Shown here: positions 56,404 to 64,000 of the stretch, in pieces
How the letters are laid out: each line of letters begins with the position of its first letter
Numbering within the stretch: position 1 is the stretch's first letter
Assembly: GCA_951406725.2 (NCBI GenBank)
Contig: OX597818.1
Location: 144,150,001 to 144,214,000 of the forward strand
Source: Octopus vulgaris
Taxonomy: Eukaryota
Reading direction: 5' to 3'
Length of the DNA: 64,000 nt
The notes under the pieces: model-generated
Told to the model about the DNA's origin: nothing
Databases searched by the model: none
What the model saw: only the letters and a program-made list of their open reading frames with translations
Program-made: the position numbers and the translations under genes

Positions 56404-56552
56404 AAGTTGATGGTTCTTTCGAGAGTAATTGAGGAAGGAGAGAGCGTTATGTTTCCATATTTCGCTGAACCATGTTGCGAACCACTCACACCGCCAGCCT
56501 TCGGCCAACCAGACCTGGGGTACGTCGGCATTTTAGGAGTTTGATGAGCCAT
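56404..56552 (-). CDS. NUDT21: Cleavage factor Im 25-kDa subunit (CPSF5), coding exon 1
   Basis: MAHQTPKMPTYPRSGWPKAGG...ITLERTIN(L)|gtaagt; GWP and TLERTINL are conserved in CFIm25; 149 nt, phase fits exon 2; alternative ATG at 56531. Confidence 0.93.
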
Positions 56553-56800
56553 GGGCTATCACCTTCGCTTTCCCTTGAACTTGCGCTTACAAAGTTAGAT
56601 GCGAAATAAATCTTGTGTTCTAAGGAGTTTATTGCATCATAATAATAGGTTAGTAAATTTACAATTTAAAAGAATATCGCATTCAACCTCGCACACCGTC
56701 CATTTTCCCACATTTTCAACGTTAGCAATGATTATCTCCCTTAACATTTAAATAAACCGGATGTTGCGAAGCGGTTATTACAAAACTAGGATTCAAAATT
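56553..56800 (-). promoter_or_regulatory. Probable NUDT21 5' UTR and promoter
   Basis: CpG-enriched unique sequence directly upstream of the ATG; ETS-like CCGGATGT at about 56757. Confidence 0.5.
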
Positions 56801-57259
56801 AATATTGTAAGTGCTCCATGGCATAAATTACATAAATAATTACTTTCAAACTGACTGAGGAGTCAGCTGTGATTAATGTGTCTATAACTAAGGACAAATA
56901 AATATTCTTTCAAATGGGAAAACAATTAATCAAGTGGTATAATCCATCCTTCAAAGTTTTATAAATGCCGAATCGAAATGCTTCTTTCTTCACTCGTCGT
57001 TTCACCTACAACCTAATCGTTAATTGAAAAAAATCAAATTCTATCAAAAATGTCTGAACATCAGATTTAACCAATGTTCTAATGGGGATGCGAATTTGTT
57101 TATCTATGCACTTTCAAATCACTTCGACTGAAATACAACCATGATAAACAAAAGGGAAAATAATATCAAACCCACTACTATATTTAAAATAAAATGAAAA
57201 AATCATTTATAACAGAACTATTGTTTTATGTTACAAAAATATTTATTACTATAAAATAA

Positions 57260-57320
57260 TCAAATGTGAGATCCAGATCCAGAACTTTTAAGGTTTGCTT
57301 CTTGTAGGTTCTCAAATAAC
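57260..57320 (-). CDS. Probable terminal coding exon of an unidentified upstream gene ((R)LFENLQEANLKSSGSGSHI*)
   Basis: Strong acceptor tcttttattttcgttttcag|; open to TGA; AATAAA at 57242-57247; phase-compatible with the exon at 63975-64000. Confidence 0.55.
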
Positions 57321-57668
57321 CTGAAAACGAAAATAAAAGATTACGTCAGTTACGATATATTAAATAATAGATACGTACTTCTGTTGCTGATCGACACAGT
57401 GGAGAATAGTTTTTAGGACCATTGGTTTACTTATCACATGCCCTACATTGAAATTCTACAGTACTATAACTGATTTCATTGTAATATATAATAAAACAGA
57501 AGTAAAGTTTAAATATTAAGCTTTTATTTTAACAGTCAGTCAAAGGCCTTGGGTTGCTGGCGCACCGGGTAAGCTGAACGTCGGCGTATACAAACTGACA
57601 GTCGTAGAAATTTCCTTGTCTTTGTTACGCTCTCTTTGGTGCCCCTAGCACATAGCACTCCGGGCGGC

Positions 57669-58352
57669 GAAATTTTCTTTCCCACGAGAGTTCCGGACCC
57701 AAGTAATGAACTCATTTGCATACAGCCAATCAAAGCTCTACCAAGTAAACTCAAGACAAAGGACGGTTTTTGAAGTCGACCAATCGCCAAGTTATGCTAG
57801 ATTTTTAGAAGGGGACAAATAATTTGATAGATTTGCATCAATATCTATTATCGGATTTTGATAGGGCCCCATATGGTAAAGACGTGGATGGTAAAAATGT
57901 GGGTAGAGGGTGATGCGCTAGCAACCCTCTCTCCCTTACTGTTTTACAAAGTAAACAACAACTCAAATAACTACGCAGAACCAGCTATGTTTGTTGTTCT
58001 TGTTCTTGTTTCAACCATGGCTGCTTCTGCATAGTTATTTGTGTTGTTGTTTACTTTGTAAAACATTAAGAGGAGAGGTTGCCAGCACATCACCCTCTAC
58101 CCACATCTTTACCATATGGGGCCCTAACAAAATCCGATAATAGGTATAGATGCAAATCTATTTAATTACTTCTCTCTTTCTAAAATCAGGCATAACTTGG
58201 CGGTCGGTTGACTTCAAACACCATTCTTTGTCTTGAGTTTACTTGGTAGTGTGTTTGTTAACTTGACAACAAGGTCAAGGTGAGCTCTGATTGGCTGTAT
58301 GCAAATGAGTTCATTAATGGGGCTCGGAACTCTCGTAGGAAAAAAAAATTTC
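57669..58352. repeat. ~680-bp imperfect foldback (two ~325-340-bp arms, ~18-nt loop), probably a MITE
   Basis: 57669-57993 is the reverse complement of 58012-58352 along its whole length, apart from short indels. Confidence 0.92.
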
Positions 58353-58676
58353 ACAAGCCAGCCCTGGTCAGAGATGTAAAAGCAGAAATTTTTCTTTCTT
58401 TTTTTTTTCTGTCTCCTAAACTGGTTGGAGGAAGATATGGTCATAGTACAGACCTAGTTTGAGTACTGGCAAGCAATTGGTCTGAAAGGGGCACCAGACT
58501 AAGTACAATCCAATTACAAAAAATCTCCAACAAACATTCACATACTTTCTATCAACCACATTTAACTCATACGACTTTGCTTGACCTGAAGCACTAGAAG
58601 TGCCCTTCCCCCAAGATTCCAGTTAGGAGAGTGAACATCTTAACAATCATTAGTTGCAATGTGAACATCTTAAACA

Positions 58677-59145
58677 ATCATCATCATTGTTCGACCGTGG
58701 TCGAGACAATGGAATTTACCATGTTGCGCCAGACTTCACGGTCCATCATAGCATTACGGAGGTCCTGTTGCTGGATGCCTGTATCCCTGGAGATTACATC
58801 AGGGTAGGAGAGTGTGCGCCCTCTGGTGTTGCGAGTAGATGGCTTCCAGAGGAGAAGAGTAGAAATTACTTCTTTTTCAGCTCTACAACAATGTCCAGCA
58901 AACTGGACTCTCCTACCCTTCACAAGAGATGACACAGGTGGTAATTTCCCATATATTTGCATTTTAGTTGGATGGCGCCTCCACGAGAGATTTTGAGCTC
59001 TCATAAGGAGGCGAGTGTAGGTTCCATCCAACCGCCTCTCAAGCTTCTTTGATAACGTCCAGGTTTCTGAGCCATATAGTAGAAATGGTTTGACTGTGGC
59101 TTTGAATATTTCAAGTTTGAAGTCTCTACTTAGATTTGATGACAA
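58677..59145 (-). mobile_element. 3' end of a second RTE-type LINE family
   Basis: ORF with LLYGSETWTL..RLDGTYTRLL..FAGHC; (GAT)n tail. Confidence 0.88.
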
Positions 59146-60065
59146 TAAGTTATAAACAATAAGTTATACCTGTGCCCTTGGTGTTATTTTCCAAGCAAGT
59201 ACATTTAAAATACCACTAAACTTTCATTTAACTACCAATAGCCCAAAAAGAAAATGAAGAGATGCAATCATATCCAGCCATGCAATATTCGAGGACAGTT
59301 TCAAAAATCAAAAAGCCAAACTATCCCCTTAGCAGAAAATAGATTTTATAAAATAAGAAAAAATATTTCAGGGAAATGGATGTGAATAGAAAATAGAAAT
59401 ATGGATAATTTCAAAGTTGACGATGTGAAGATACTGACTTGGTTGGGAATAGAAGTAGTGGGGGTGTTTCTCTGTAATAACTCCACCTCACTTGCACAAT
59501 GCAATAATCAACCAACTAAAACAGGGGCCTCAACAATTGTATCTGCTACAACTGTTACAATCAAGTGACCAATTTGGGGGTTACTTAAAGAAACATTCAT
59601 TACAAGGAAAGGGATGAGCTAGGGAACACCTGGAGGGAAAGTATGGAATCAAAGAGGCATTTAATCAAAAAACATTTTAGTAAACTGACATGGTTGCTAC
59701 TGCTATAGTGGTGAAGATATGCAACACATTGTAGATTTGCATAATCAAAAGTGCTGAGATGTTATGATAATTAAGCAGCACTTAGTTACCATAGCATTCC
59801 AAATATTAACCTCAGTACTGTTATTAATCATGTAATGATAATTTCTGGTAGAAGAAAAACAAGGAAAACATGGAGAGTAATGGTGAGGTTAGATCTTAGG
59901 ATGTTGGGCCTCGTAGATAAGATGATGCAGGTTTGCAATAAAAGGCTATTGTACTGTAGGAATTCAGCATAAAGTTAGTTAACCGAATTAAAAAATAGAC
60001 ACCACTCAAAATGTTTTCAATTATAAAATAATACAGCAACAACAAAAAAAAAACACTTGCTCCAA

Positions 60066-60225
60066 TCATCATCATCATCGTTTAACATCCGCTTTCCATG
60101 CTAGCATGGGTTGGACGATTTGACTGAGAGCTGTCGAACCAGATGGCTGCACCAGGCTTCAATCTTGATCTGGCAGAGTTTCTACAGCTGGATGCCCTTC
60201 CTAACACCAACCACTCCAAGAGTGT
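60066..60225 (-). mobile_element. RTE LINE 3'-end fragment
   Basis: Common terminus. Confidence 0.8.
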
Positions 60226-60719
60226 TTTTATAAATTTGTAGAACCATTAAACTCATAATGACATGGCAAAAAGCAAAAAGCTATTTAAAAAAAATTTCTC
60301 ATTTCTTGTCAGGTATAGTTTTTGATTTTTAAGAGAAGGGAAATGGTAAGTGGTGATGTTTATACCTTTCCCAAGCACAAGCAATTCCCAACTAAAACTT
60401 GAAACTTTATTATAGATTCAGAATAATTGTTTAAGATGGTTTGGGAGAGACTCTAGAAATTGAAAAATGTAACAAATACCTTTGAATTCGTGTCAAGTTT
60501 TCACTCATCTTTTGGTTTGCTATTCCAATGATATAATCAATATACTATAGAAGTAAAGAAAAAAAGTAATGAAATAAAGAAACATAAAACAATACAATAT
60601 ATTCTTTTCTACTCTAGGCACAAGGCCTAAAATTTTGGGGGAGGGGGCCAGTTAATTAGATTAACCCAAGTATGCAACTAGTACTTAATTTATTGACCCT
60701 GAAAGGATGAAAGGCAAAG

Positions 60720-61307
60720 AGCACACATTCACTCTCTGCATGTGATTAGACTCAGAAAGTTTTTGAGGAACCCACTGACCAAATTTTCTGACTTTTCCGA
60801 TGGCACACAGGTGTTGATGAATGGTTGAATGACCAAATTCAAGCTTGTCTCCTAGTTCCTCAACAGTTACGATGGGATCTTGTTCCACCAGTGTTTGCAG
60901 GACATCCTCGTCAAGCTCTACATATCTTCCAGGACAAGACTCACCTTTTAGGCTGTAGTTTCCAGCTCAGAATTTCTGGAACCACAATTGATACTGGCTT
61001 ACACTTATTGTCTGATCGCCAAATACTGCATTAATATTCCTCACACTTTCCGTTGTGTTGTTGCTTTTATTGAACTTATAAAGCAAAATATGCCAAATAT
61101 GCTCCCTTGTCACTTCCATTATACCTTTGGAAAAATAACTTCAAATTGAACTGGATTCTTCAAAACCTACTTCAAACTAAGAATAAGAACAAGGTAAAAT
61201 TACTACCTGCTTTTATAGCAAGTTCATTCAGGTAGTTTATCCCATCCCCGTCCAACTTTTAGTTCATGCAATTGAAAAAACAGCATTATTTATTGGATGA
61301 CCCAATA
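60720..61307 (-). mobile_element. 5' part of a mariner transposon
   Basis: GHSTIHQHL..GQWVPQKLSE motif; TIR TATTGGGTCATCCAATAAATAATGC. Confidence 0.8.
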
Positions 61308-61457
61308 TATTAGTTTCAAATTTTGGTACAAGGCCAGCAGTTTTGGGGGGAGGGGGCCATGCCAATTAAATCGCTCCCAGTACACAACTGGTACTTATTT
61401 TCATTATTTACATCATTTACATTTGACAGATATTTGTCCTCATCTTGTTTGCTGTTA

Positions 61458-61501
61458 ACACAACATTTTGGCTGATATACTTTCCAGCCTTCATCAGGTG
61501 T
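61458..61501 (-). ncRNA. Decayed minimal hammerhead motif in the inverted Penelope repeat
   Basis: ACAC-CTGATGA-A-GGCTG..CAGCC-AAAA-TGTT-GTGT; two CpG-decay changes away from GAAA-CGTT. Confidence 0.6.
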
Positions 61502-62535
61502 ATTGGGAAAATTTCGAACCTGGGTTCTCATTCCTTCGGTATTTTTCAATGTCATCATTATAATTATTATTATTCAGATCGCTGCTTGGAATCAAACTCA
61601 GAATCACACTCTTAACCACTTCGCCATATGCCAATTATGAGCAATTATGGAGCAATTATGGAGCATTCCTGGACGTTAATAACACACACCATGTATGGAT
61701 CCAGGGCATCTGTATACCGCAAGCTAACCTTCACTGGACGATACTTTAACTTCAATTCCCACCATCCATATAGTGTAAAGAGAGGGATTGCTCAGGGCCT
61801 AAAACATCGAGCAAAGAATATAAGTAGTGATTCTGATACACTCCACAAAGAAATGATAAAGCCTATTAAGCAACAACTACCCCAAAAACATACTATCCAC
61901 TCCAAATATGAAGAATAGAGAGGATGAAACCTGTAAACTGACCACAGTCTGTCTACTCTATGTGAAAGGCCTCTCCGAAAAGATACAAAAGATATGGGGC
62001 CCATATGACATCAGGACAGTATTCAAGAGTAATATAACACTTCGTAAATATCTCCTTTGAGTAAAACCACCAATAGAAGAGAATATCACCAAAGACTGCG
62101 TGTACTCTACCCATGCAGTAAGTAATGGTGGTAAGTAATACAAAGGCGAAACATGCCGACCCCTCAAAATAAGGGTAGAGGAACATCACAAAGCTGTGAC
62201 ATGAGAAGATATTGATAAATCAGGTATAGCTGATCATGCATGGAAAAACGGAGACCACCTCCCCCTGTGGGATGAAGATAAAATAATAAACAGGGAATAC
62301 CACTGGAAAATACGAAAACTAAAATAAGCAGCAGATATGCTAAGACATAATAACCTCCTAAGCAGAACTAATGCAGATATGAATAGCATATGGGAACTGG
62401 TATTAAGGAAGGATAGGAAAATATTAGATATATAAGCCCTAAAATTCACTCCATAATTGCCTACAGGTATATTGCTTAGTGGTTAAGAGAGCAGGCTACT
62501 AACCCCAAGATTTGATTCCAGGCAGTCACAACAAC

Positions 62536-62595
<60 letters not shown>

Positions 62596-62674
62596 AAGAA
62601 GAACAACAACAACAACAACAGCACCACCAAAAAATACCTTAGGAATGAGAACCCAGTTTCGAAATTTCCTCAAG

Positions 62675-62718
62675 ACACCTTATGAAGGCTGGAGAGCATA
62701 TCAACCAAAATGTTGTGC
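62675..62718 (+). ncRNA. Decayed minimal hammerhead motif in the direct Penelope repeat
   Basis: ACAC-CTTATGA-A-GGCTG..CAACC-AAAA-TGTT-GTGC. Confidence 0.5.
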
Positions 62719-63364
62719 TAACAACAAACAAGATGAGCTCAAATATCTGTCAAATGTAAATAATGTACATAATTCCTCATCTCTCAAATATAGAACTGGT
62801 ACTTATTTTATTGACCCCAAAGAAATAAAAAGCAAAGTCAATCTCAGCAGAATTTGAACTCAGAATGAAGAGATTGACAAAATGCCACGAAGCATCTTGA
62901 CCAGCAAGCTAATGATTCTGCCTTATTATTAATAAAACAGATAAATGTCCAATCTTCACAGCAGTGATTTGCTCTAAAACTCATGCTTTAAATTGTCAGG
63001 TAAATAGTGCAAGAGAGAAAGTCAAATACTACTGGCACATGTACACACTCACACATATTTGAACACTAATGGCATGAGCACATATACACATACCTCCCCC
63101 ACTCTTTCACATACACAAATACAGCTAATTGTGTATGTATGTGTGGACGCCAATAGCATACACTTGTGTGTGTGTGTGTGCACGCACATCTTTGTGTACA
63201 TGCCTCTCTCTCTCTCTCTCTCTCTCTTGCACACACTTTTACCATCCCTTTATATGGATTGACAGATTTTTCTAACACCAAAGGAATCCATCATTAGCAT
63301 TTTAATATAATAGATAATGATTTATTTTATTTCCCACAGGGGCATCTGAAGAGGTGGGGACAAT

Positions 63365-63505
63365 TCAAAGACAATTTACAAATCATTACACTCAGCCATT
63401 CTTTTACAGAATGTCAGCCCTCTGGGATTCCATCCCTGCTCATATCTTTCCCACAATTGTTAGCTTACAAAGGTTCAAGATGAATATAAATGGCATCAAT
63501 ATACC
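63365..63505 (+). mobile_element. L2/CR1-group LINE 3' remnant
   Basis: TNHYTQPFFYRMSALWDSIP..FP..LQRFKMNIN. Confidence 0.6.
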
Positions 63506-63974
63506 AGTTCAGGAGGGTCTGCAAAGCCCCTTCCTCCAGACCCACCTAATATATGAAAATAAGTTAAAATGTTAAAATCATGAACAGCACCTAAATTTGA
63601 TATAGAAAAACATATTTAGTTTTGTCAAGAAGGAGTCTGTAGGTTAGAAGACCAATAAATGAAGACTCATGAGATGAGCAATGGCAACAGCCCAATTCCA
63701 AGCTGCCACTGCCACAGCTGCCATCATCATCATCATTTAACATCCGTCTTAACATGTTGGCAATGGGTTAGATGGTTTGACAGGATCTAAAGAGTCAGAT
63801 GACTAAATCAAGCTCCAATATCTGCTTTACTATTTATTCATCCTAAACAATATTTAGTATAAACTAAACACATTGGTGCCAGCTTGACACAAAAGCTCAT
63901 TGCTTCATGCAGTAGAAGGGACTGTATAATAGATGTGGTAAAATAATAATCTGCCCACCCCATAGATTACTTAC

Positions 63975-64000
63975 CTCTTTGGAAACAAGGAGTTCACCGT
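63975..64000 (-). CDS. 3' end of a probable internal exon of the upstream gene (runs off the window)
   Basis: GAG|GTAAGT donor; TVNSLFPK(R) joins 57320 in frame; only 26 nt visible. Confidence 0.45.

Larger units (their letters stand above)
61402..62793 (+). mobile_element. Penelope-like element insertion: inverted terminal repeat, 3' ORF remnant, direct terminal repeat
   Basis: VYRKLTFTGRYFNFNSHHP (RT thumb), CVYS..YKGETCRPLKIRVEEH (GIY-YIG); 61402-61632 is an inverted copy of 62464-62790; 16-bp flanking duplication AACTGGTACTTATTTT. Confidence 0.88.

Overview
AT-rich metazoan DNA saturated with microsatellites and transposons. The SINE/LINE repertoire and (TA)n density suggest a cephalopod, probably Octopus (inference). 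The only confidently identified host gene is NUDT21/CPSF5 (CFIm25) on the minus strand. Coding exons 1-3 (56552-56404, 42094-41894, 32828-32765) splice in frame, but exons 4-7 were not found in the remaining 32.7 kb. The probable last two exons of an unidentified upstream minus-strand gene end about 0.7 kb before the NUDT21 start. The rest is mostly mobile DNA: a young CR1/L2-group LINE with an uninterrupted ~830-aa ORF, a near-full-length dead RTE LINE and many of its 3' ends, Penelope-like fragments, Tc1/mariner, Chapaev3-, Sola2-, Helitron- and piggyBac-like relics, tRNA SINEs and a 5S rRNA pseudogene. The most notable unannotated signals are: several hammerhead-ribozyme motifs, including a nearly intact one sense to NUDT21 in intron 3; a TSD-flanked Penelope insertion whose terminal repeats combine a tRNA-like Pol III head with a hammerhead; and a ~680-bp foldback carrying octamer/CCAAT motifs upstream of NUDT21. 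All calls were made by eye, with no searches run.
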